Shown: piece after piece, positions 9,165-20,799 of the stretch
Layout of the letters: the number at the start of each line of letters is the position of its first letter
Numbering within the stretch: the stretch's first letter is position 1
From: Chrysemys picta bellii
Taxonomy: Eukaryota
DNA length: 64,000 nucleotides
Assembly (NCBI RefSeq): GCF_011386835.1
Contig: NC_088792.1
Span: forward strand, 81,096,001-81,160,000
Direction: 5' to 3'
Made by a program: the position numbers and the translations under genes
Notes under the pieces: model-generated
The model's database searches: none
The model's input: only the letters and a program-made list of their open reading frames with translations
What the model was told of the DNA's origin: nothing

Positions 9165-10245
9165 TAAGAACATAAGACTGGGCATGCTGGGTCAGACCAA
9201 AGGTCCATCCAGCCCAGTATCCTGTCTACCGACAGTGACCAATGCCAGGTGTCTCAGAGGTAGTGAACCTAAAAAGTAATGATCAAGTGATCTCTCTCCT
9301 GCCATCCATCTCCACCCTCTGACAAACAGAGGCGAGGGACACCATTCCTTACCCATCCTGGCTAATAGCCATTAATGGAATTAACCTCCATGAATTTATC
9401 TAGTTCTCTTTTAAACCCTGTTAAATTCCTAGCCTTACAACCTCAGGCAAGGAGTTCCATAGCTTAACTGTACGTTGTATGAAGAAGAACTTCCTTTTAT
9501 TTGTTTTAAACCTGCTGCCCATTAATTTCTTTTGGTGGCCCCTAGTTCTTATATTATGGGAACAAGTAAATAACTTTTCCTTATTCACTTTCTCTACACC
9601 ACTCATGATTTTATATACCTCTCTCAAATCCCCCCTTAGTCTCCTCTTTTCCAAGCTGAAAAGTCCTAGCCTCTTTAATCTCTTCTCATATGGGACCCAT
9701 TCCAAACCCCAAATCATTTTAGTTGCCCTTCTCTGAACCTTTTCTAATGCCAGTATATCTTTTTTGAGATGAGGAGACCACATCTGTATGCAGCATTCAA
9801 GATGTGGGCGTACCATGGATTTATATAAGGGCAATAAGATATTCTCCGTCTTATTCTCCATCCCTTTTTTAATGATTCCTAACATTGTTTGCTTTTTTGA
9901 CTGCTGCTGCACACTGCGTGGACGTCTTCAAAGAACTATCCACAATGACTCCAAGATCTCTTTCCTGATTAGTTGTAATTAAATTAGACCCCATCATATT
10001 GTATGTATAGTTGGGGTTATTTTTTCCAATGTGCATTGCTATACGTTTTTTCCAATGTGCATTGCTATACACATTAAATTTCATTTGCCATTTTGTTGCA
10101 CAATCTCTTAGTTTTGTGAGATCTTTTTGAAGTTCTTCACAGTCTGCTTTGGTCTTAACTATCTTGAGCAGTTTAGTATAATCTACAAACTTTGCCACCT
10201 CACTGTTTACCCCTTTCTCCAAGTCATTTATGAATAAGTTGAAAT
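9165..10245 (-). mobile_element. CR1 LINE, 5'-truncated
   Basis: ORF2 C-terminus LPLYKSMVRPHLE..WSPHLKKDILALEKVQRRATKMI and LQKDLTKL..KWQMKFNV; CR1 3' tail near 9165. Confidence 0.95.
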
Positions 10246-10249
10246 ATAC

Positions 10250-11170
10250 CCATGCAAATCATTATTTCTACCACTGTTGTATAATTGCAACAAATGCAAC
10301 ACATGGCCAGAAAGGGTTGAACAGTTTGCAGGCCAACTAACTCAAAGCCAACCGTTAGAGGCATGTTAGAAAGTATGCGGATGGTAATTAGGGCCATTCG
10401 ATGTTAGATTGGCTAGAACTTTGAAATGCAAACATGTATTTGTTAGAGAATTAGAAGTGATACTAATTGCATGTATCTTAGGTGCTAGCCATGTAAACAG
10501 ACAGTTTCTATCTGTCGCTATAACTATTAATTCAGAGATCAAAAGGGAATATTAACATTTAGATGACTCTTGGGTGAAATAATGGCATTGTCTATATGTC
10601 AGTTTGTGATAGACTGCCTAATTGATAAATTGCCCTATGTTAATTTGTGTAACTAATTACTGGTGGGGTTTAGGAAACAGAAGGTTACATCAAAAGCCTA
10701 TTGTTTACCCAGGACTGCATGGTCAAGTGAATGCTAGAAAACTGCATAAAAGACCGTTGGGTCCCAATCCTTTTTATCCCAGATCTGCTTAAGCTTCATC
10801 AGGGGAAGTTTGAGTCACAAAATTGAGATCCCAGTTCTGACTGGACCATCCTGAAATATAAACATTGGACTATAACCTATGGACTATTTCTGAAAGAACT
10901 GTTTGCAACTACAAAGCTCACCATCTCTGCTATGAATCTGATCTCAGAAACTGTACTCATGTCTGTATGTATATTGATCTTTTAACCATATTCTCTCTCT
11001 TTTGATTTTAAATAATTTTTAATTTAGTTAATCAGAATTGGCTGTAAGCATGTATTTTGGTAAGATCTGGAATATTCATTAACCTGGGAGATAATGTGTC
11101 TGATCCTTTGGGATTGGTAGAACATTTTTTTATATGATGAAATAAGATTTTCATTAATCCTCATCATATC
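10250..11170. repeat. Probable LTR-derived repeat fragment
   Basis: Resembles an abundant turtle LTR-type repeat from memory; termini and TSD not established. Confidence 0.3.
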
Positions 11171-11890
11171 TGTGAGTGACCCAGGATTGTATGAAGATCC
11201 TGACAGAAAAAGCCTGGAAGAATTGTGCTCACAGAGGGGGCTGTCTTTTAAGAAAAAAGCCCCAGAGAAAGAACTGAAAAATCTGTTAATGACTAGTGGT
11301 CAGGAAGGGTAACTAACCATCAGGAACAAAGAGCAGTCCCCCACTCTGAATTGCCTATAATTTAATGCTAGTCTATTTGAGATCCTAAACATACGCACAT
11401 TTTCAGCACTGTTGGTACAGTCCAGAACAATGTGTGACTGTAGTGCAAGGCTCTTCTAAAGGAGATAGATTAAGGCTCTGATTTTGGATCCCCAAGTCTG
11501 AGCATGAGCAGATGAGTTTGTCAAAAAAATGAAGTACTCATTTTAGGGCCACATTACTGACCTTATCCAGAGCGGCTGTGGATCAAGGGCAGTGTATAAA
11601 CCTTACGGTGCCGCATTCTGAGATGGGGGAAGGAGACTGTGTAACAAGATGTGGTTACATATTTATACATCAGTGGAGTTCAAACTCAGTATCTTCAGAA
11701 CCAGAACATAAATCCTTACTATTTAGACTTTAACAGTAACTGTTAGCTGTTAGTAAACAGCAGCCTTTTATTTTCCTTGAGGTCTGCTATGGAAGACACA
11801 ATTTTCTGTGTAGTTTTCAGTCTGAGTGGTTGGCAAATACATTCAGGAGGAGATTCAGAATTTTGTTTTCTCTTTTCTTTTCTTTCCCAG

Positions 11891-12448
11891 GCAATAAGAA
11901 TACGAAAGCCGACATTATTTTGCTGGTCGACAGCTCTGAGAGTATCCGCCCTGTTGATTTTCAGAAGATGAAGGATTTCATGCAGCTGATTGTGAACAGG
12001 TCTGATATTGGGGCTGATAAAGTTCAGATTGGGTTGTTGCAGTTCAGTTCAGAGCCCCAAGAGGAGTTCCAGCTCAACCGATACGGCAGCAAGGCTGACC
12101 TAAGGAGAGCCATTTCGGGGATCAGGCAGATTAAATCCGGAACGATGACCGGGAAAGCCCTAACTTTTGCCTCCTCTTACTTTGATGGACCCAAAGGAGG
12201 GCGACCCAGAGTAAAACAGTATCTCATAGTGATCACAGATGGGGAGGCCCAAGGTATTGTGAGAGAGCCTGCTGAGACCATTAGGAACAAAGGTATCACC
12301 ATCTATGCAATTGGTGTTCTCTATGCAAACAACTCCCAACTTGTGGACATTGCCGGCAGTCAAGACAAAGTGTTCTTCGAGGATAACTTTGATTCCCTTA
12401 CCTTTCTGGAAAAGGAGATTCTCTTTGAAATTTGCAATCCGGGGGATT
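11891..12448 (+). CDS. COL6A4: Collagen VI alpha-4-like exon, VWA domain (phase 1-1, 558 nt)
   Basis: ag/gt borders; ADIILLVDSSESI (intact MIDAS) ..QIGLLQFSSEPQEEFQLN..GGRPRVKQYLIVITDG. Confidence 0.9.
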
Positions 12449-12903
12449 GTAAGTGATAGTAGTAACCTGTTGGGTCTTTCTAATTCTTCTTTATTTTGTT
12501 GTGTTTACTATTAATCCTTTATAAGGTTTGATTCCTCCCCACCCACATATTTCTAGTAGAGATCTTCAGCTTTTCTTCCATTGTGATATTAAGGAACGAT
12601 AGTAAAGTGAAATGCAATAGCAGAAAATAAGATCACTCTCTTTACAGACCAGAATCTCATGCTTTTCCTCAGGAGCCGTATTTTATTTCCTTTCAGGCAG
12701 GTGTATATTTTTCTTTTGGACAAAAAGAAATGCCCACAGCCCTCCTTTTTTGTTTTTCTTTGTATCTTGCTTTTCGGAATGTCCCTGCACTTTCTGGTTT
12801 CAGTTAGCAGTTGGATCGAAAGAACTACTCTGGGAGGGAGCAAGGAGGAGAGAGACCTGATCATAACATTACAGCTTTGTTTCCTTTGTTTTGTTAACAA
12901 CAG

Positions 12904-13481
12904 CATGCAAAAGGACTGAAGTTGCAGACATCATATTTGTGGTGCATGGATCAAGAAGCATCACAGACTTGCAGTTCCAGGGCATTCAGAGGATCCTGGA
13001 GGCTGTGGTGAATGACTCAGTGGTTGGAAAAGACAATGTTCAGTTTGGGGCTGTGGTCTATAGCACTAATCCTCAGGATCATTTCTCACTGAATATGTAC
13101 TCGGCTAAATCGCAGGTCAGAGAAGCAATCTCTAACTTGACAACTATGCCAGGGCTAACCTTCACAGCAAGGGCTTTGAACTTTGCCAGGGAGAGATTTG
13201 GTATGGCTTATGGTGGTCGTACATCATCTCTTAGTGTCACCCGGATTCTTGTGCTTATTACTGATCAGCCAACTTCACCCTCGGATAGACCCAACCTTCC
13301 AGCAGCAGCAAAATCTTTGAAGCAAGATGGTATCAATGTCTTTGCTGTTGGAGTGGATGAAGCCAGTAGAACAGAGCTTGAAGAAATTGTGGGAGAGTGA
13401 GAGAGATTGTGCAGAGCTATAATGAACTGCAAAGCTTACACGAAAACCTCACTCATACAGTATGTGATGAGGCAAAGCCAG
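12904..13481 (+). pseudogene. COL6A4: Disrupted VWA exon of COL6A4-like gene (578 nt; TGA at 13398-13400 plus frameshift)
   Basis: cag/gtaag borders; CKRTEVADIIFVVHGS..ELEEIVGE* and the domain end VQSYNELQSLHENLTHTVCDEAKP resumes in a shifted frame from 13409. Confidence 0.85.
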
Positions 13482-14834
13482 GTAAGTGAGACCTTTAAAT
13501 TTAGTTGTTGTTTTTTTTCTTATATGTTTTCTGCCATTTATCCAGATTATCTAGGTTGTCACAGGCAATGTCAGTCACAGGCAATATCCATTTTTAAAAT
13601 GTTCTATTGAGACAAGGTTAAGGGGTGGTTGGAAATAGCGTAGAGACAATTTCCAGTATGGACAGCAGCACATGTCAAAATGAGATCCCCTCACCATCAT
13701 TTTCTTATGCACTTTTCCAGCAAAGCACGTTCTTTACTTTAAGCACATGATTAATCCCTTGATGTTTATGGGAACATTCATGTGCTTCAAGTGTTTTTGC
13801 TGGATCAGGGCTTTTGTTTCCCTTTTGTCTCATACCAGCGTCCCCCCTTTCCTCCTCCTTCTCCTCCTGCCAGCAGTTCTGTGTGCTCTCCATCCCCCTT
13901 CTCTCTATACCAGCACCCCCCATGTCCCTCTCCCCATGCCAGGGATTCTGTGTATCCCTGTATTCTCCCTTCACCCCATGCCAGGGCCCCCCTTTCTCCC
14001 TCCCCATGCCAGGCGTCCTATGTGCACCCCCATGCCCTCTCCCTGCATTATTTCTTATTTATTTGTCACAGACAGACAGAGGTATGCCATGAAAGTGAGG
14101 TAAAGGGCCTCATTTCACTCAGCCAATAAAAATGTATAAAGCATAAAAACCCTTGTACTTGCAGAGATAAGGTAAGCACCAATTGCCTGGGTTAGCTTAA
14201 ACTTCCCTTATAGGCACCTTACTCCATAATTGTCCTATATAAGGCTTCCTTGAAATGAACGATCTGGTCCCAATTGTTCTTAGTTACCCTTGGTCTGAAC
14301 CATTGAGAGGAAGATTGTCACTGAAATCTGTGAATTGGAAGATCGTCCTAGCCAGGTAAGTCATAGAAATCTTTTATTGTGTATATCTATCTACAGATTC
14401 ACTGTGTCCCACACTCGGGTGCAGACTAACTCATAAGAAACACAAAGCTCCTATTTTCATGCAAGAGTTGGAAATTTTGTTCCATGGGAAATTCTTTTTT
14501 TTTTTTTTAAATCATTCAGTTTTGGAATGAAAAGTAAAAGTTTTAGAAACTTCCTGTGGAAGGGAAAATCTGAAACAAAAATTCTTTAGGAATGATTGAA
14601 ACGTTTCGTTTAGAAAACTTTTGAAATGAAATAGAGCCCATGCTCTCACGCTCACAACTCAGCCATGGCTTTCAGAGCTTCTAGACTCCCAGCTCCTTGT
14701 CAGGCCTAGAAGACTGACACAGAATCAGGCACCTTGCTCTGAGCACCACAGCTGATTTGGGAGACTTGCAGCTTGGAGGCTGGGTCAGTGGGGCATGACC
14801 AGTGCATCCACAACTATGCAGACAGTGGCTAAAG

Positions 14835-15557
14835 CAGGGGTGTGCAAACTACGGCCCGCTGGCCAGAACCGGCCCATCAGGGCTTTGGATCCGGCCAACA
14901 AGATTGCCAGCCCCGTGGCGCCATGGCTAAGGCAGGGTCCCTGCCTGACCTGGCTCCACGCCGCTCCCAGAAGCGGCCAGCATCACGTCCCTGCGGCCCC
15001 TGGGGCGGGAGGAGGCAGAGGGCTCCATGCGCTGTCATCGTCTGCAGGCACCGCCCCCCGCAGCTCCCATTGGCTGGGAACGGGGAACCACAGCCAATGA
15101 GAGCTTCAGGGGAGGTACCCACAGGTGAGGGCAGCACGCGAAGCCCTGCCCCTTTCCTCCAGGGACGTGGTGCCAGACGCTTCTGGGAGTGGTGCTTCCA
15201 GGAGCAGCGCATCCGGGACGCTGCCTTAACACCGCTGTGCGCCACTGCCACCCCAGAGCCACTCAAGGTAAGTGGCGTTGGACCGGAGCCTGCACCCCGA
15301 ACCCCTCCTGCACCCTGAACCCCAACCCCCTGCCTTGTACCCCTCCTGCACCCAAACCCCCTGCCCTGAACCCCCTCTTGCACCCTGCACCCCTCCTGCA
15401 CCCCAACCCCCTGCCCTGAGCCCCCTCCCACACCTCCTCCCACACACCACACTCCCTCCCACACCCGAACCCCCTGCCCCAGTCCTATATTCATGCCCCT
15501 GCATGCAATTTCCCCACCCAGATGTGGCCCTCGGGCCAAAAATTTTGCCCACCCCTG
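14835..15557. mobile_element. Non-autonomous hAT transposon (MITE, 723 bp)
   Basis: TIRs caggggtgtgcaaa / tttgcccacccctg; perfect 8-bp TSD GGCTAAAG at 14827-14834 and 15558-15565. Confidence 0.9.
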
Positions 15558-15801
15558 GGCTAAAGCCTTGCATGATGTGGGGTGCGCAAGGACAATACCT
15601 AGATGCTTAACAGATCGGTGCTGAAATAAAAGCTGCCCCCACCAGAGTCTAATATTACTGCTGTGGAAATGGAGCATGTTCACATCAGGGAGATAATGTC
15701 TAATGCAGCAGCACCTCCTGGTGTTCCTTCACCAGAGAGCAGTGAGCTTCACCAGCAGAGAGCCACATAGTAAATACATTATAAAAATGCAAACTCTCTT
15801 A

Positions 15802-16087
15802 GGGCAGGTCTACACTAACCCCCCAATTCGAACTAAGGTACGCAACTTCAGCTACGTGAATAACGTAGCTGAAGTTCGAAGTACCTTAGTTCGAACTTAC
15901 CTCGGTCCAGACGCGGCAGGCAGGCTCCCCCGTCGACTTCGCGGTACTCCTCTCGCCGAGCTGGAGTACCGCAGTCGACGGCGAGCACTTCCGGGTTCGA
16001 CTTATCTCGTCCAGACAAGACGCGATAAGTCGAACCCAGAAATTCGATTTGCTTGCCGCCGAACTACCGGGTAGTGTAGACCTACCC
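15802..16087. mobile_element. PIF/Harbinger MITE (286 bp, CpG-rich)
   Basis: TIRs gggcaggtctacacta / tagtgtagacctaccc; 3-bp TSD TTA; nested internal hairpins. Confidence 0.9.
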
Positions 16088-16809
16088 TTAGAGGCGAGAG
16101 AGAAGAAAATATTTGATCTCACTGTTTTGTGACAACAGCAACAACAAAAAACCAACCCAAACACACCAACCAAACAACCACCCCAAAACAATTTGAGATA
16201 TTTGTGTCATATAGCAGCTACCTGTTTCTATTTGATAAGCTAATTTTATCTTGACCTCTGTCATCTTCTATTTTCCCTGATCTTTTTTCCTTTAAATCTT
16301 TTTTGCTGACATAAATCTATTTTTTTCTCCACACTCAGACTGACCAAAACCTTGCATTTCTACTCTTTTGCAATATTTTTTTGTATATAAACATACTGAG
16401 GGCACTCATGCTACGGTGATAGGGGGTCAAGATAGAAATCTGGATGCATGAACAGATAGGTTAAAAAAACTATTTCACAAAGCATTTTTACATGCAAATG
16501 AATACCTCTACATGTGCTGCAGATTCACATATGCATTTTGCAGCACAATATGGATAATGATTTTTGAAAATGTACATAATGCAGTGCTAAATTAACCTTT
16601 GGTATAGAGAATTCAGTTACACCAGGTATAGTTAATTCAGTTACACCAGGGATGAATCTAGCCCACAGTTACAGCTATAAAATGTGTGTGTTCTGTGAGT
16701 GTATGTGAGATATAGACACACATGTATAAAATTATTCTACAGACACATTAATATCTATGTATATATTTAATTGAACTGGGAAAAGGTGACACAGGTAGCA
16801 ACACTTCTA

Positions 16810-17270
16810 ACAATTTTGCCCTTAATCTTTCTGTGCCTCCGTTCTCCGTGTGTAAAACGGAGGTAATAGTATCACCTCCCACCTCAAGGGTGTTGTAAAG
16901 ATAATTTCATTAATGTTTGTAAAGCACTAAGATACTATCATAAGTGCATTATAGAAATGCCCATGAGGAAATTAATAATGCTCCGTGCAGTGCAGGGTTT
17001 GGATGGAGTGCAGTAAATAAGACCTGGGGGCACACAATTAAATGATGAGGATAAAAAGAAATATTCAATAACTTCCCACCTAGTGAGTACCATCCGTTGT
17101 GTGTACTGAATGAGGCATGGGTCCTGTGGAAAAAATAGCATGTGATCATGTAATTATCATGCATCATAATGCATATGCACAAGAGGGCTGAATTAAGGTT
17201 GCACAGGCAACCTTTGTTCTGGCATTTCCACACTTTTGAGTGCTTCACTTGCACTCGAGTGAACCTTATC
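16810..17270 (+). mobile_element. CORE-type SINE fragment
   Basis: tctgtgcctccgttctccgtgtgtaaaacggagg..gttgtaaagataatt..tttgtaaagcac resembles the MIR core; boundaries approximate. Confidence 0.55.
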
Positions 17271-17584
17271 GTAAGTTTCTTCTGATGTAATATATACTAT
17301 ATTTGAATGTGTGTTTGTGTCTTTTTCTTCTTTTCTCATATATATTTGAATATATATGAAAAATAAGAAAAGAAAATGGATATATTCTCTGTCTGTCTGA
17401 GTTAACCATAAATATATGTAAACAAAACAATGCAACGTAATACTTATGTTCTCAATTATTGGTACAGCAAATAGAGGAAAGGCACAGGTTACCAGATTTC
17501 CTTTCTCGATACTATGGTTCTATTTCTCTATACTGCTCTGACAGCAGAATAGTGTTAAGAGGAGCTGAGCACCATGGAGGCAGC

Positions 17585-18115
17585 CTTGTCTATACACAAC
17601 AGTTATGTTGCTTTAACTATTCTGGTATTGTTTAAAGTGGTATAACCCTCCTGGTGTGGATGCAGTTATACTGCTGGCCTTGTCTACAATAGAAAGAGTT
17701 TGCTGATTTAGCTATACTGGCATAGCTGTACCCATAAACCCTCCTAATGTAGATTCAGCTTACACTGACAAAAGACTTATTTTGCCAGTATAATTTATAC
17801 CAGTTCCTAGAATGAAATAAGTTATTCCGGCAAAAGGCCTTTTTTGCCAGTATAACTGTGTCTATAGATGGACACAGCTATGCGGGTATAAGTTTTAAAT
17901 GTAGACCAGGCCATATAAAGGTGCTTATTCTGGTATAGCTTATTCCCACGTGAGAAGGGGGATAAGGAGGATAAGCTATAGCTGTTTAAGGCACCTTTAT
18001 ACTGGTATAGTTGTGCCCACATTAGGAGTTTGACTGGCATAGCTAGTTCGGTAAAAAAATCCAACCCTTGACCCTCTTCATTATGCTGATAAAAAATTGT
18101 GTGTAGGCCAGGCCT
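17585..18115. mobile_element. Nested degenerate Harbinger-type MITEs
   Basis: Repeated ccttgtcta(c/t)a and tgtag(a/g)ccagg terminal motifs with internal gtata/tatac palindromes. Confidence 0.45.
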
Positions 18116-20160
18116 TAGGAACCTCATCAGGAAGGAAGGGGTAGCTAAAATACTCCACTGTGCTTCACATTGTCACTTACTGTTAGTGGGCACTTTGGGA
18201 GCTACTTTTCACTTCAGTCATGAAAATTCAGTCTTCATGTCTTCATTGAATGAATTCAGTCAAGCCACTTTACCTCTCCGTACTGTTTCCCTACCAGTAA
18301 AATACTTGTCAACCTCTCATGAGTCTGGTGAAGATTAACTGATGTCTGTAACATGCCTTGCCATCCTTGGACCCAAGTACAAAGATGCCCTCAGATACAT
18401 GTGCTCAGTTTCCGTGGACTTCCCATTGACATCAACAAGCGCTGCCTGGGCATGGTGTAAATTGTTATTGAAATACATTGGGCTATGCTAGTTTACACCA
18501 ACTGAGGATCTGCCCCCTGAATTCTTTTCAAGTAGTGTGGTCCAAGTTCAGGTCAGGCCTCAGAAAAAAGCTCCTGATGAAAACATGCATCCTGTATTCT
18601 AGGAAGGACCACATACTAGAATCAGACACGTGACCTGTTCATGGAAACATTTGATCAGAAACATTTTATGGAAGTACAAAATCACAGTTCTATGGCCTTG
18701 TGCTGATCTCTGGCACACAAGTGTACTGTAAATCTAGCGTTCTTCATTGATATTGGGACTGTAATTCCAGAATCTGAGTTAGTGTGTGTGTATTTAGCTG
18801 TTTTGGAGAAAGTTGTTTTTTCATTGCCAGAAAAACAAATGCAGCAGTAAATTATGTCACAGAGAAAGAGTTTTACAGGCTTGAGTGCTGGTGCTATTTC
18901 CTAGCTTTTAAAACTCTGTGATTCAGCATGTGTAGCCAAAAGATTGTAATTCAGCTTAGTAACAAATAGTTTCCTCCAGAGGGCATTTTGTACTGTAAAA
19001 GGAAGTACTGAACTTTAACAGTTAAAAGGATGATAGCCAAGTGGCGTGAAATCACCAGAAGCCTGCAATCTATTTTGTTAACTATAGGCTATGTGCACCT
19101 CAGTATTATGAGAGTGAGGAAGTTAGTATCAATGACGAGGCAACAGTTTGCTGGAGCATCTATGCCAGTATAATTGACTTACTTTTTAAAGTGACAAGTG
19201 ACACAGCACAAACTCAACTTTCTGGTGCCTGGCTTTCTGTATCGGTGATGAGTAAAGACTAGCTGAATGCCTCAACCCAAACATTCTTAATTTCTATTCT
19301 ATTCTCTGTACTCTGACATCCCCAACCACCTCATTATCCCATCTCCGCAGTTTCTTTCACAAATGAGTGAAAGTGTAGGAGAAAAGGGAACGTGAAGGAG
19401 CAGAGAAAGGATTAAATGGAACAATTATAGTTAATGACTTTAGCCATCAGGATGCATTCATAGCAAACTAGGCAACTGCATTGTCCTCTAAAAACATTTC
19501 AGAGAGTCACAATTGGAGAGGAAACAAAAGAAATAGGGTGTTTTGTTTTAAAGATATAATTGCATCAGGCAGAAATTGTTGACAAGTGGGCTACAGTGGA
19601 AACTTAACTACAGGTGGATAGTGTGGTCAGGAGAGACAGAACAAACTTCAATATAGGGATCAAGGGATTAACAAGATACAAAGAACAATACGTCAGGTGG
19701 TATGGCTGGGAAAAAGTAGCCAGATCACAAAATATTGGCCATTTTTTATCACACTTTGTAGGAACTCTTCCATAACCAGTATATGCCATACTTTACAGTA
19801 CTAATCACTCACCTTCGAGATGTATTTCCCATGTCCTCCCTTCCCTCTTCCTCTCCCACCTTCTGAGTGTTTCTCTTACTCACTGTTTGATGTCTAATGT
19901 ATAATTCGATTCTGTGAATAATTACTGCCAACCACATTGCATTGGAGCCAATTGCACTACTCACAGCAGGAAGCCCAACGCTCAGTGGTAAGTGTTTGCA
20001 GGATCAGGCCCTTAAATTCTAATCTTTTGGGAGCTGAGACAATCTCTATCATTTGTTCTGTTAAGTGCCCCTCATGTTTAGGGTACTAAATACTTAATAG
20101 TGATGATCAATCCATTTTTTTAGCTATGCTTTTGGTGACGCAAAAGTTACATCCAGTTAG

Positions 20161-20162
<2 letters not shown>

Positions 20163-20207
<45 letters not shown>

Positions 20208-20232
20208 ATAGTTTCTCTCTCTCTCTCTCTCT
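20163..20232. repeat. (GT)n followed by (CT)n microsatellite
   Basis: Direct inspection. Confidence 0.95.
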
Positions 20233-20449
20233 ATGTGCAGTAATATAAGCCAGCTCCTCAGCTGGGATAAATTGACATAGCCCCGTGCAAGTCAATGGAG
20301 TGACACCAATTTACACCAGTTGAAGATCTGGCTCTCTAATTCTTCTAATTTTAAATTGAGCATGTTTTGTCACTGGTGCAGATAGAAAACAAGATCATAA
20401 AATAGTGCTTGGATTTGATGACTGATTTTCTTCCTTGCCCCCTTCTCAG

Positions 20450-20799
20450 ATTGCAACATAGATGTTTCTGTAGGAATTGATATTTCGAGGCGCATGAAGT
20501 TTATATCTGCACTGAACGAGAAGCAGAAACTGCAAAAGTACCTGCCCAAACTTCTGCACCGAATGGAGTCCTTGACTAAAATCAGTTGTACTGTTGAGTC
20601 TCAAATCAACACCAGGTTCAAGTACCAAGTGTTTACACAGAACGGCCAGTCCTTGTTTGACTCCGATTTTGAAGCCTATGACGAAGAGATCCTCCAGAAA
20701 TTCTTAGTTGTTCAGACCATTGTAGACACCTATCTGAATGCAGACTTCTTACAGTCATTTTGGGAGAAATCCCTCAGACTGGCCTCTGCTAAAGTGAAG
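20450..20799 (+). CDS. COL6A4: COL6A4-like exon, last N-terminal VWA domain part 1
   Basis: CNIDVSVGIDIS..FDSDFEAYDEEILQKFLV..ADFLQSF..SAKVK; from memory closest to mouse alpha-4(VI); phase 1-0. Confidence 0.9.

Noticed and set aside
10020-10070. 26-bp tandem duplication
   Set aside because: Local slippage inside a decayed CR1 copy.
1-11890. Upstream COL6A4 exons
   Set aside because: No VWA-coding frame with splice sites was found; the preceding exon probably lies before the window.
13395-13402. Cryptic donor GA|GTGAGA that would end the exon before the TGA
   Set aside because: It gives phase 2, incompatible with the phase 1 acceptor at 20450, so it does not rescue the frame.
13705-14129. 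Several 90-120 aa ORFs
   Set aside because: Pyrimidine/purine-biased low-complexity intron sequence with few stop codons.
14877-15683. 268-aa and other long ORFs
   Set aside because: They arise from the GC-rich low-complexity interior of a hAT MITE; no domain or splice structure.
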